Below, one piece after another: positions 10,901 through 18,664 of a stretch of DNA of 64,000 nt. Position 1 is the stretch's first letter, and every line of letters starts with the position of its first letter. Both the position numbers and the translations under genes were made by a program. This DNA is from a virus. The notes beneath the pieces are model-generated. The model was not told the DNA's origin. It made no database searches and saw nothing but the letters and a program-made list of their open reading frames with translations. The stretch lies in UHGV virus genome UHGV-0096064; one strand, 5' to 3'.

Positions 10901-12478
10901 CTGCATGTTCTCGAACATGGGCGTGAGGTCGGCGATGGACACGGGCGCTTCGGATGCGTCTATCCTGTCCATCTCCTCACTGACCCCGGCGAGGGCCGCA
11001 GTAATCTCACTCTCCCTCGCAGCCTGCTCAGGAGTGTACTTCTGGTTGACGACGCCGCCGGGCAATGCAGGGGCCTGAGAGGGCTCAGGAACGTTGAAGC
11101 CGCCGACCGTACCTTCCGGTTCGGGAGTGCGCGTTCCGCGTCCGGGAGGGGGCGTTGTGGGGCCGGAATCGGCATCCCCTCCACGCAGCCCACCGATGCC
11201 GCCGAGGAACCCGCCGACTGCGGCACCAGTGACGCCCGCTTCAAGCGCACCCTCGGTCAAGGGTCGGGCGTCACCAGTCGCCGCATTGTATGCGTAGTTC
11301 TGGGAGACCTGTTCCGCATACTCGGAAGGGAACTCCTCAGCCGCGCCGAGGGCGACGCCGGAACCGAGGCGGCGGATGATGCCGCCGCGAATGAGCGGGG
11401 CCAGCACACTGGAGCGGGCGATGAGGGCTTCCGGCCCAAGGACGCCGGATGCGGCACCGATGCCCGATGCGATGGGCAGGGCGGCGGCAGCGGCGTCGCG
11501 GGCCATCACAGCGCGGATGTCCGCGTCGCTCATGCCCTGTGCGGCGAGGGCCTGATACTGCGGCACACGGGACAACTTCTCCGTGGGCGCGTCAAAAATC
11601 TCCTGTGCGACCTGAGCGACCACACCTGTGGCAGACTGGACGGCACCAGCCGCAGCCGCGCCTGTAGCCGCGCCGACTGCGGAACCCACGGGGCCGCCCA
11701 CGGAACCGACAGCGGCACCGCCACCTGCGGCACCGATGCTGGTCAGGACATTGGGCCACTGCTCAAGCACGAGGTTCAGGAGAGGACGAAGGCTCCTGTC
11801 CTCATACATGCGGCGGAAGACGACCCAAGAGTCCGAGTCGGCGGCACGCAGCTCCTGTTCGCGGCGGTAGTCGTTAAGGCGCTGCGCATTCTCCGAACGG
11901 CGCTGCACCTCGTTGGCCGCGCTCTGGGAAAGCTCTCTGGCAAGCGCGTCGGCAGACTCGCGCAAGTCCGCGCCTTCGGTCTTGGACATGGCGTCGGCAA
12001 GCAACGGGATGGTGTACCCTTGGTCAATGGCCGTGTCCAACCCCTTCTGCATACTGGCGTAGAAGTTGGACATCATGGCAGGGAACCCGGTAGCTGCCGC
12101 TTCCTGTTCCTCGGCTTCCCGGCGCAAGGGCTGGAGGATGCCGTTCTTGAAACGGTTCGCCGCCGTGGTGTCCTGACCAAACCGCTGCTTGGCGTATTCG
12201 GGCCACACCTGATTCTCGTACTGGTCGAGAATCTCGTACTTCCTCTGGTACGACGCCTCCTGCCACCACGGTTGCCCACGGAGTTCATCAATGACCCGCC
12301 GGGTCTCCTCCATCATGTAGTTCTGCTCAAGTTTCTGAGCGAGCTTGGCCTCCTCTTTCTTGTTGAGTGAGGGGGCCTTGGGAGTGGCGGGGAGCGGCGC
12401 GTGCCTGTAACCCTGCAAGGGGTCGATGGGTTCGGTAAGGATGGAGCCGCTAGGAAGACCCATGTTGTTGCGTGCCAT
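4928..12478 (-). CDS. giant (2516 aa) multidomain virion-associated protein with a zincin-like HExxH motif, a Gly/Ala-rich hydrophobic segment and Pro/Thr-rich linkers
   Basis: Single uninterrupted ORF. Motif ILHEFEHYF (HExxH). Gly/Ala-rich stretch GAAGGGAAVGSVGGPVGSAVGAATGAAAAG. PT-rich linker PVTPLTPVNPTPAPVQTEP. Lies at the distal end of the structural operon, just downstream of a lytic-transglycosylase-domain protein. This placement is analogous to ejected internal or polyvalent proteins or a tape-measure-like protein. No single-subunit RNAP motifs were recognised. Confidence 0.8.
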   Translation of the reverse strand: MARNNMGLPSGSILTEPIDPLQGYRHAPLPATPKAPSLNKKEEAKLAQKLEQNYMMEETRRVIDELRGQPWWQEASYQRKYEILDQYENQVWPEYAKQRFGQDTTAANRFKNGILQPLRREAEEQEAAATGFPAMMSNFYASMQKGLDTAIDQGYTIPLLADAMSKTEGADLRESADALARELSQSAANEVQRRSENAQRLNDYRREQELRAADSDSWVVFRRMYEDRSLRPLLNLVLEQWPNVLTSIGAAGGGAAVGSVGGPVGSAVGAATGAAAAGAVQSATGVVAQVAQEIFDAPTEKLSRVPQYQALAAQGMSDADIRAVMARDAAAAALPIASGIGAASGVLGPEALIARSSVLAPLIRGGIIRRLGSGVALGAAEEFPSEYAEQVSQNYAYNAATGDARPLTEGALEAGVTGAAVGGFLGGIGGLRGGDADSGPTTPPPGRGTRTPEPEGTVGGFNVPEPSQAPALPGGVVNQKYTPEQAARESEITAALAGVSEEMDRIDASEAPVSIADLTPMFENMQRAEAAGLDIKRLEPVFVRLQGYLNRNPMVTVNAVNAYTDWKMNNTGRPVTPLTPVNPTPAPVQTEPRVEPTVEPTVEPVSTPVEPTISPVPEAPRPTVPVSSTADFNALVNRAREVMRDIASSQPPASWTSEYGLSFYDKTEELLSLLARAYQIAPDERMRASVQSVIDNVDANLSQLSGQDIKNRFEQWKKVEHDRLLRTNAGTATEAGAGGVAANRQTAAAQPADGAGVVAGSPQDVVGAGGTTQGAGAGGAAYANPGTVAGDVQPNQPMGPQAGDGADSGRSGRPDDTAGAGQAVGDGGYPSTTEQRSSDGRFTGVLGRLAESGDSVESTTSILEQFRRDRQQYYKSSGYSDAEALRQAEMDMATANTINAFLQDIRNSAESMDAFNDLQHLLDRFRKELKRDEQSANTAAVLVYRMLNTLAQVSQKTVRQMLDEITLLPTTRSENQRGSFVAERIYDPNYNLANRAVRVRPDADVNTILHEFEHYFIYEGVLVLSRMSQAEIQSNPMASQLLADLKTLARYAGVPEANFFNPPTWGSRAHESITTAFERYMMDGTVPKNSGLQPIFERVKEFILRWYVQVREVIDQYLRYSSFRQLKKDSVAYELRNDIYNAVLPVEVRDAFDRQLTGLNTPVNDIIDALRLDVDLQTRVALDVQFTNVMTSMMQAGYDPRAAYTFAADYMRDAVGMQTASPREQINLEQDNALDTSIDYAAQTMEMADAAPDSLYNNAINEAMVDPQNMTSPLATLGNTPTYVTQQLVSGLLTPQADTSVNGMQNGNMLDSTSDVVRGAETASEPPVIRTPEEIAAEKIELGDAINAELSEGMAPGDAGETANPDGTFDVNEYAPLGDVEEDGLARAAELVSTIARENAESLRKGKEMEAYRRKGFIETAYSPEWRAGRWASFATSIRRNFVDGGADFRLYCLKHLSNSRTNPDETPLLQSFNTLQNRITGAARLFMNNVYEPIMKWANENAYDIDGKSVDVDKFMSDMGRYRTAQHTLEAAPKQQIELERAVQEAYMLPNGQEKIDAVKAAKSALSAYLARQAGEDVDVNLYGGRTVAEAQAEIAEVVARYGQEKCNAGLAMLGNGYSWVTRFLFENGQLSDADFARFDEWLYYCAMTTDKQAGTGGINDISYYAPRQNFHRYGSRTPAQDAWTALVQYGTRASRSVGMSEFGSYLRQAYLMFEKQGNVTSEAGNTKFYNGMAMVPENIVNGIRYGTGQHTKQAEQWARNVEDSTDVVIRVLDVDESGQSVIQAYRVMFDDPKVHESVRNPFYAAAPDKVLSALATVTRSYASVYTRFKPYFPVLTSVRDFTERVSYLPTRNFTNERGENVPGARIACQMVGFALNPMNFIRLARYWSTGTSGNAYIDRMMQDFKASGVDSSSNYNELLRLNKRRTATDVRAVIPNSLKKLGSGTIGKAINTITEWGNFFYALPTFAQFIKMRENGINMRDTVSGVSTLMNMAQRGRFTSRYLSPLFPFTNSIGQTASNLLGALGLHTMTFGNHPQARQLRMKAIRGWAVLFASYASIRALIPLIQDSLGEGEEGERILDMMPLSQVCTFIPVGTGGGAYVKWPTGFGPAMLGALAAYGFDRVERGKMSCGDLMATMMVVFGKSLVPNSMPAFEFKQNPMQFIIQTMSPMIMQPAVQVATGYSYSGAKLSYDSYNRTARQSDHYNLTTDRTWVNIAKGLYDAIGVDMAPEEIRALANGYLGGVLQGVMAWIEHDPLYKNPIYQSTREQLGPFWSALGATSIYATGMNVTQTSFYNAREHYENLIRRAGIGNALKGTVGEKKDILLSAGFTQEEADDYISIYVADRQLSDLNSETRKTLDALFGPDMDEDAIRQVYTDWSIARNAVQENTVNGLNYFNRGYRGRFDVPDEDASAALRHEVPNAPVIPGNIDLYNRPVVKNADGTISTVATMTEQDGDGLWVNFPSIGPNGERWSPEQAWQHYLLTGEHLGKFRTLEAAEKAAIALHDDQADLYMN

Positions 12479-12482
12479 ATGC

Positions 12483-13700
12483 TTATCCTAATGCCGTTAC
12501 GGGTACGGCGTCGATTAACGCCAACAATTCATTCTTGTACGGACTGTTCAGGGCATCCACATGGAGGAAGTCCGCCGTGCCGAAGGCGTTGGTGCGGCGA
12601 AGCTCGTTCTCCAAATACTCCAGAGGCGTCGGCTGCGCCGGGGCTGCCGCGACCGGGACAACGTTGCGCGGGTCGGCCAAGAGGTCGGCCATCCCCTGTT
12701 CAAACGAGGTGCCCTTCGGCTGGATGACGTTCCCGTTCGCATCCATAGGCAGGGTCTGGAACTGAGTGGGTGCCGCCGCCATCTGCTGCGGCGGGGCGAG
12801 AAGGAACTCAGGAGTATCCAGAGGGCCGACCGCAACTGGAGCTGGAGCCTGCTGAGGGATAATCTCTACGCCCGTGCTCGTCCTGTCAACATTGGGCTGC
12901 TGGACAAGGGTCGGCTCGTCGATGTGGTACGAGGGATAGGTGTGCCGGGGCGTGAGCGGCGTCGGCGCACGCAGCACGCTGTCGAGCGCGGCGAAGGTAT
13001 CGGGAGTCAGCGGGCCGGGAGCGATGGCAAGAGGCCGCCTCCTGTTGTACCGGGCGTTGAGGGCGTCGCGCACGGAGCTGCGGTTGTAGGCGGGGATGGG
13101 GCCGACCGAGACCTTGGGCATCGGGCGGGCCATAGGCGCAGGCTGCGTCGCTCCGCCGGGCAGGGTGGGATACTTCACATCCTGTCCGTTCGCCCACCGC
13201 TTGAGCGCGGTGTTATAGGCGGTATAGGCGAAGTCGGAAGTCCGTGTGCCGTGCCGTCCTTTTGCGAGGCTGGAGGATGGGAGAGCAGCCCAACGCTGTG
13301 CGAGCTTGGGGAGGGCCGCGTCGAAGTCGCCGCGCATCAACGGGTCGAGGGCACCCGTGTCCATCATGAGCGCAATCGCCATCCTGTCCTGCGCTTCGGG
13401 AGAGAACCCGGAGATGTTGTACCGCTTGGCGAGGTCATCGGCTGTGGACTTGAGAATCTGGTAGCGGCCCGCAGCCGTGGACTTCTGCTGTTTCCCACGC
13501 AGGTCGGTATATGTCCCGGCGACGTTGGGGTGCGCGGAGAAATCGGACATCCGCCCGGCACCGAACAGGGCGTCGTAGCCCTGCCCGGCGGCGTAGGCGT
13601 CCTTGCCGACTTCCGCTTCGGCAATCATGTCCAGAGCGGCACGCACGTAAGGGTTGCGTAACGCCTCTTCCATCCGTGTTGTACGTGACGATGCGGCCAT
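12483..13700 (-). CDS. lambda R-like lytic transglycosylase domain protein (GH104-like) with a ~250-aa Pro-rich C-terminal extension
   Basis: N-terminal 150 aa align by eye to phage lambda R: STAAGRYQILKSTADDLAKRYNISGFSPEAQDRMAIAL...GDFDAALPKLAQRWAALP versus lambda STGAGRYQLLSRWWDAYRKQLGLKDFSPKSQDAVALQ...GDIRQAIDRCSNIWASLP. Located among virion genes next to the giant protein. Confidence 0.8.
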   Translation of the reverse strand: MAASSRTTRMEEALRNPYVRAALDMIAEAEVGKDAYAAGQGYDALFGAGRMSDFSAHPNVAGTYTDLRGKQQKSTAAGRYQILKSTADDLAKRYNISGFSPEAQDRMAIALMMDTGALDPLMRGDFDAALPKLAQRWAALPSSSLAKGRHGTRTSDFAYTAYNTALKRWANGQDVKYPTLPGGATQPAPMARPMPKVSVGPIPAYNRSSVRDALNARYNRRRPLAIAPGPLTPDTFAALDSVLRAPTPLTPRHTYPSYHIDEPTLVQQPNVDRTSTGVEIIPQQAPAPVAVGPLDTPEFLLAPPQQMAAAPTQFQTLPMDANGNVIQPKGTSFEQGMADLLADPRNVVPVAAAPAQPTPLEYLENELRRTNAFGTADFLHVDALNSPYKNELLALIDAVPVTALG

Positions 13701-14854
13701 TATTTCTTCCCTTGCTGCTGCGCGGCTCCGGTATCAATAAGGAACTGAGTCGTGGCGTTGCCCATCTCTGCGTTGATGGGAAACATCCGGTACTGTCCCT
13801 CTTGCGTGCGCAGGACAATGTTGTTGCCAGCGATGACCATGTTGCCGGGGGTGATGCCGTCAAGGACATCCTGAGTCACGCCGATGTTCGCCAAATCGTC
13901 GATGGTGGCGAAGCTGTCGGCCTGCAACGGGTCACGCTCATAGGGCTGCCGCGTCGCATAGGAGGAGACCGGGAGACCCAAAAGGTTGTTGTAGTAGTCC
14001 TCGTTCGAGAACGGCGTCAGGTTGTCCGTGGCCCGGTACTGCCACTTCCCATCGACCATCGTCGGGTTCAGGTTGGGCAGGGCATAGGACGACCGAGTGC
14101 TCGGAGTAATCCCATAGTCCCGATAGAGCTGCTCGACGCGGGCGTTGTAGGCGTTGATGTCCCTCTGCTCCGAGTCGTAGGCCGCACGCTGCTCAGGAGA
14201 AAGCGCCTGATTCGCGTCGATGGTGGGCGTCCGGCGAGGCAGCCCACGGTATTCCGGTTGCTGCTGAGTCGGGACGGTGGCGGCAGTGGGCTTCTGCGTC
14301 GAGGTCGGCGCAGTGGTCGAAGGCTGCGTCGGCTGTCCGCCCGGCTTGAAGTTCGGGATGGACGGGATGGAAGGTATCGTCTGCTGCGGGGAACCCGTCA
14401 GGCTCGGCGTGGTCGCGCCGCCCGGAACAGGATTGCCGTACTTGTCGCGGGGGATGCCCACGTTGTTGGCCGCCCAATCGTAAGCGCGGGTGTCGTACCC
14501 ATATCTGGACAGAGCCGCATTCAGGGCGGCGAGCTCCCCGGTCGCCCGGTCATTGGCGTACTGCGGGGCCACGCTGGTGCGCGCCTGCGAGAGTGCGGAC
14601 TCCTGAGCGAAACGCCCCGGCATGGCCGCTTCTTCCAGAATGTCCTGCCGCTCAAGGGAACGGTTGTTCAGGGCGTGCTTGTCGGTAATCTCGAACTCCC
14701 GGTTGACGCGGGGGGAGAAAGTAGCCAAGGCTTCAAGGTTGTCCAGTTGGCCCTTCTGGACGGTGTTGTATTTCTGCAAGTCATCCCAATTGGCTTTGCG
14801 GGCAAGCTCGGTGCCTTCAATCCAAGGGGTGAACAAATCGGGAATAATCAGCAT
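13700..14854 (-). CDS. hypothetical virion protein, Pro/Thr/Gln-rich
   Basis: 384-aa ORF in the structural block with low-complexity PT-rich middle (PSTTAPTSTQKPTAATVPTQQQ). Confidence 0.55.
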   Translation of the reverse strand: MLIIPDLFTPWIEGTELARKANWDDLQKYNTVQKGQLDNLEALATFSPRVNREFEITDKHALNNRSLERQDILEEAAMPGRFAQESALSQARTSVAPQYANDRATGELAALNAALSRYGYDTRAYDWAANNVGIPRDKYGNPVPGGATTPSLTGSPQQTIPSIPSIPNFKPGGQPTQPSTTAPTSTQKPTAATVPTQQQPEYRGLPRRTPTIDANQALSPEQRAAYDSEQRDINAYNARVEQLYRDYGITPSTRSSYALPNLNPTMVDGKWQYRATDNLTPFSNEDYYNNLLGLPVSSYATRQPYERDPLQADSFATIDDLANIGVTQDVLDGITPGNMVIAGNNIVLRTQEGQYRMFPINAEMGNATTQFLIDTGAAQQQGKK

Positions 14855-14876
14855 ACCAGCCCCCTCACTTCATTAT

Positions 14877-15713
14877 TTAGTTTGCAATCGGCCCCATTGC
14901 CAATACCGTTCCTAAAGAGGAGGACTGCCCCGTCAATGGGGATGCCGACGAGAACTGCGCCGGGTATCGCGTCTCCCGTGCGGTGCTCAGGTATCCGAGA
15001 AGTTTCATAGCACCTTGGGCACCGGAGTCAAGCAAGCCGCCGAGCTGCGCCAAGGCGTCGTTTGCGGCACCAGCGTAGCTTGCGGAAATCTGCTGGATGC
15101 CGCGACCTAGGTTGAGTATCTGCGTCCTGCGGTTCCAACGCTGGTCGCTCTTGATGTACGACCAGAACGCTTCGTCCCGCAGGTTGTAGTTGATGGTGTC
15201 GTCACGGGAGATGGCTTCGGCGTAGTCCATGTCGTTCAGGAGGGACGTATCCACGCAGAGCGCATACTTCTTCGCGAGGTCGGCCATAATCTCATCGGCC
15301 CACCGGAACGCGGAGTTGTTGTAGGAGTTGCCCCGTTCCCGTGCTCCGGGATAGTCCGGTTCATGCTCCTCGGCGTTGCCCGCCTCGTTCAGCATGGCCC
15401 GCTCCAGCGGCGCATAGTTGTCCTTGAAGCGGTTCCATCTGTCCTCGGCTATGTTGGCGTAGTCCTTGGCGATATCATACCGCTTCTCCATGATGGAGAT
15501 TTGCGCGATGGTGTTGGCCGTAGCCACGGCGATAAGCGCCGCCTTCCACAGCATCTTCTCCCACGACTCGCCCGCGTCCCCATATTCCGGCTGCGCCCAA
15601 TTGCACATCTGCTCACGGATGATGGCGATGTCGGCAGCCTGTTGCTGCTGGTAGCCGTCGATGGATGTGGACGATACGGTGACGTTCCCGTTCGGGATGC
15701 AATGGCAGCTCAT
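14877..15713 (-). CDS. hypothetical virion protein, paralog A of a tandem pair
   Basis: 278 aa. Shares blocks with the next gene: DIAKDYANIAEDRWNRF versus EIAKQYLDIAKWWRNYY, RWNRRTQILNLGRG versus RWKRRTEVMNRGRG, and LLGYLS versus LRYLGYS. Confidence 0.6.
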   Translation of the reverse strand: MSCHCIPNGNVTVSSTSIDGYQQQQAADIAIIREQMCNWAQPEYGDAGESWEKMLWKAALIAVATANTIAQISIMEKRYDIAKDYANIAEDRWNRFKDNYAPLERAMLNEAGNAEEHEPDYPGARERGNSYNNSAFRWADEIMADLAKKYALCVDTSLLNDMDYAEAISRDDTINYNLRDEAFWSYIKSDQRWNRRTQILNLGRGIQQISASYAGAANDALAQLGGLLDSGAQGAMKLLGYLSTARETRYPAQFSSASPLTGQSSSLGTVLAMGPIAN

Positions 15714-15716
15714 GGC

Positions 15717-16538
15717 TTATCCTCCTAAAGCATTGCCCCCGGCGGCCTGCATCGAGCCGTCAGGGTTCACGACGACGCCCGACCGGATGGTGGGTTCCGG
15801 CGCAGGCTCAGGAGCGGGCGCGGCGGCAGGGGCCGCCATCGGCATGGGGGCCATCATCTGCTGCGTCCGGCCACGCATCAGGGTGGGATACTGCGTCTCA
15901 TTCTTGTTCCACGAGTAGCCCAGATAGCGAAGGGCTCCGGCGGCACCCTTGCCAGCCTGCTTGCCCAAGTCGCCGAAGATGCCGAACGACAACTGAGAGA
16001 ACTGGATGTTGTTCGCCATCATGCCCCGGCCCCGGTTCATCACCTCGGTGCGCCGCTTCCAGCGCACGTCATTGCGCGCCTCAATGAACGCCCGCTCGTT
16101 GCGGTAGCCGAGACCGGACAGAGCAGCCAAGGTAGTGGCTTCCGAGTTCAGCACGTCCTTGAGGAGCGCCTCACGCAACCCGGTGCAATACTCGCTCGTA
16201 CACTGGATGGACTTCTCAGCCAGCCCCTTGAACTGGAGTCTGCCGTATGTCCGGGAACGACCAACGGCGATGTCGTAGAGAGGCTTCTCTTCCTCCAGCG
16301 CCCACGCTTCTTCCAGTTCCTTGTCTTCCCAAGGCTTGTAGGCAGAGTTGTAATAGTTGCGCCACCACTTGGCGATGTCCAGATATTGCTTGGCGATCTC
16401 ATACTGCCAGTCCGCTATCTTGATGGCAGCCGCCGTATTGATGCCAGCAACGGCGACAGCCGCCGCCTCCATAATCGTATTGACTAGGTTCTTGTTGGAG
16501 TCCGTCTGTCCATGACGGCAAGTGAGTGACGTAGCCAT
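15717..16538 (-). CDS. hypothetical virion protein, paralog B of a tandem pair
   Basis: 273 aa; similarity to 14877..15713 described under that feature. Confidence 0.6.
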   Translation of the reverse strand: MATSLTCRHGQTDSNKNLVNTIMEAAAVAVAGINTAAAIKIADWQYEIAKQYLDIAKWWRNYYNSAYKPWEDKELEEAWALEEEKPLYDIAVGRSRTYGRLQFKGLAEKSIQCTSEYCTGLREALLKDVLNSEATTLAALSGLGYRNERAFIEARNDVRWKRRTEVMNRGRGMMANNIQFSQLSFGIFGDLGKQAGKGAAGALRYLGYSWNKNETQYPTLMRGRTQQMMAPMPMAAPAAAPAPEPAPEPTIRSGVVVNPDGSMQAAGGNALGG

Positions 16539-16548
16539 AGCAACCTAC

Positions 16549-17007
16549 CTAGGCTTTTACATGACGGTCTACGGTAAACGAGTGCTTCTTGGGCCACGGC
16601 ACCGTGGCGTCGCCCGGCACCTCGGAACTAATCCATATCTCATTGATGCCCATGAACCCGATAATGTTCATGAGATACTTGAACAGGCCGTCCTGAATCT
16701 CCCGCGTCCGGCCATAATAAACTTCGGCCTGTACCGCCGTGGCGTTGTACAGGAGGGGGACGAACCGGACGCCGATGAAGAACCCGACAGGCTTGTCGTC
16801 CTCATAGGCAATGATGATGAGGAGACTCCCCATAATCCACATCTGGGTGAACGTGAGCACGTTGAAGCTCATGTCGCACCCGTACATGGACTTGCCCCGT
16901 TGAGCCCAATACTCATTGAGCATCGGCATCAACGTCTTCTGCATGAACTCGATGGCGTCCGAGTGTTCCCTCGGCTCCTCAATGTACTTGTATACAACCT
17001 TGGACAT
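16549..17007 (-). CDS. hypothetical protein
   Basis: 152-aa ORF in the structural block. Confidence 0.5.
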   Translation of the reverse strand: MSKVVYKYIEEPREHSDAIEFMQKTLMPMLNEYWAQRGKSMYGCDMSFNVLTFTQMWIMGSLLIIIAYEDDKPVGFFIGVRFVPLLYNATAVQAEVYYGRTREIQDGLFKYLMNIIGFMGINEIWISSEVPGDATVPWPKKHSFTVDRHVKA

Positions 17008-17020
17008 GCTACCCTACCTT

Positions 17021-18664
17021 TTATCGTCCTGAGTTTACGGTCATTTCCGTCATGCCAATATCGACATAATCAACATCGCCAGTCCCATACAGGCCCACTC
17101 TATAATTAAGATGTCGGCCCACTCGTCCAAGTCGCACAGGTTCTTCATCATGGATGTAACACGCATAAGCCAAATCCGGGTGAGGTGTGAGAAGTTTAAA
17201 CAGCGTCCCTTGCGTCCGTACCTTGGCGGTCGTGGGGGATGCCTTGCCGCCGAACGACAGCTCCCGGCTCTCCCAAATGTAGGGGCGCAGCGTGTCCCCG
17301 GCGTTCCACTGGTAAATCAACCTGTCCGTCTCCAGCATCATAAGCTCACCCGTGCTCGTTGTCACCATGTCCACAGGCTGGTCGCTGATAGTGGAGAGGG
17401 CACCCAACCGGAAGTCGGTGTAAGTATCCCCATCAATCTCCAGCATGAACGAGATGATGTCGGTGACGCAGATGAGGTACCCGCGCCAGTAGGCAAGGCG
17501 CACCGTGTCCGGGCGAATCTTTATCCAGTCGTCCGTACTGAACCACTGCGAGGTGATAATCTGGAACTTGGCATTTGGCATGACAAGGACAAGCCCATCC
17601 TTGGAACTGTACACCATCCCGAACGGCGTGGCGATGGCGGAGTTGGGATAGCCGCAGGCGATGTCCGGGAGAGGGATGTCGGCCTCTTCCGTGTTCCGGC
17701 ACTTGCGGGGCTCGCAGCTCGGCCCCCCGTCGATGACGTAGGGGTAGCCATCCGTCGAGACGAACACCGTCGAGTCCACCGTCACCATATGGACGATGTT
17801 ATACGGCAGAGTCATGTCGTACTCGGCGGGCCAGTTGTACGGCTGGAAGGCGGCGGAGAAGTGTACCTCGTTGTCGGTCACTCCAGTCAGCACGCCCGTT
17901 CCCCGCATGTACCGGATGTACCGGAGATTCTTCGGGGGCACCCTGACCTCACGGGTGTTGCACACGGGGCCAAGGTACATCTCTTTCAGCGTGTCCGTAT
18001 AGGAGTTGGTCGGCAACTGAATCTCGGCCACTTTCAGGAAGTCGGTGGCGGGTTCCTGTTCCTTCGTATGGTCATCCCGGTAGGCCGTCGCCGTCCGGTA
18101 AATCCATATCTCCGTGATACCGTACCCATCCGGGGGAAGCGCCATGTTGCTGACGACCACCGGGTCGCCGTCCTTCACGGTGACGGACGTGCTGATAGGA
18201 CTGGGAGCGGACTCCTCCCCGAAGATGTTCACGTAGGTGTACATATAGCTTCGGGAGGAACAGTCGCGCCCATCCTTCTCCGTGGCGGATACGGTCGGTG
18301 CCGACACCGGGGCCGGGACGCCGAGGAAGTAGTAGGTCGGGATGCAGTCATCCAGCACCATCGTCTCCGGTTGGTCGACGCGCCCGGTGAGGAACAGCCG
18401 CCCGTAGTCGGTGACATACTCGGCGACGGTGACGCACTCGGCCCACGTCAGGGCGTAGCACCCCTTGTAGTACAGGGTCTTGGCATCATTGACCGCCATG
18501 TCCACGGCCTTGCGTTCACGCCATGCCTGCACCTTGCTGTTCCGCAGCTTCACATCATGGGCGACGGTCGCCTCGTTCTCACGCAACAGATGCCACGGGG
18601 TACGCGGTACGATGCCGCCGAAGTTCTGGATGATGGGCATAATGACTCCTACGATGCGCAGCAC
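17021..18664 (-). CDS. hypothetical large structural (tail or baseplate?) protein
   Basis: 547-aa ORF in the structural block; no recognisable catalytic motif. Confidence 0.55.
   Translation of the reverse strand: MLRIVGVIMPIIQNFGGIVPRTPWHLLRENEATVAHDVKLRNSKVQAWRERKAVDMAVNDAKTLYYKGCYALTWAECVTVAEYVTDYGRLFLTGRVDQPETMVLDDCIPTYYFLGVPAPVSAPTVSATEKDGRDCSSRSYMYTYVNIFGEESAPSPISTSVTVKDGDPVVVSNMALPPDGYGITEIWIYRTATAYRDDHTKEQEPATDFLKVAEIQLPTNSYTDTLKEMYLGPVCNTREVRVPPKNLRYIRYMRGTGVLTGVTDNEVHFSAAFQPYNWPAEYDMTLPYNIVHMVTVDSTVFVSTDGYPYVIDGGPSCEPRKCRNTEEADIPLPDIACGYPNSAIATPFGMVYSSKDGLVLVMPNAKFQIITSQWFSTDDWIKIRPDTVRLAYWRGYLICVTDIISFMLEIDGDTYTDFRLGALSTISDQPVDMVTTSTGELMMLETDRLIYQWNAGDTLRPYIWESRELSFGGKASPTTAKVRTQGTLFKLLTPHPDLAYACYIHDEEPVRLGRVGRHLNYRVGLYGTGDVDYVDIGMTEMTVNSGR

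Noticed and set aside
4928-12478. Giant protein as an N4-like virion RNA polymerase
   Set aside because: Position is analogous, but I could not find the T/DxxGR, motif A/B (R...K...YG) or HD motif C signatures. An HExxH motif and Gly/Ala-rich segment point elsewhere. Left as unresolved.
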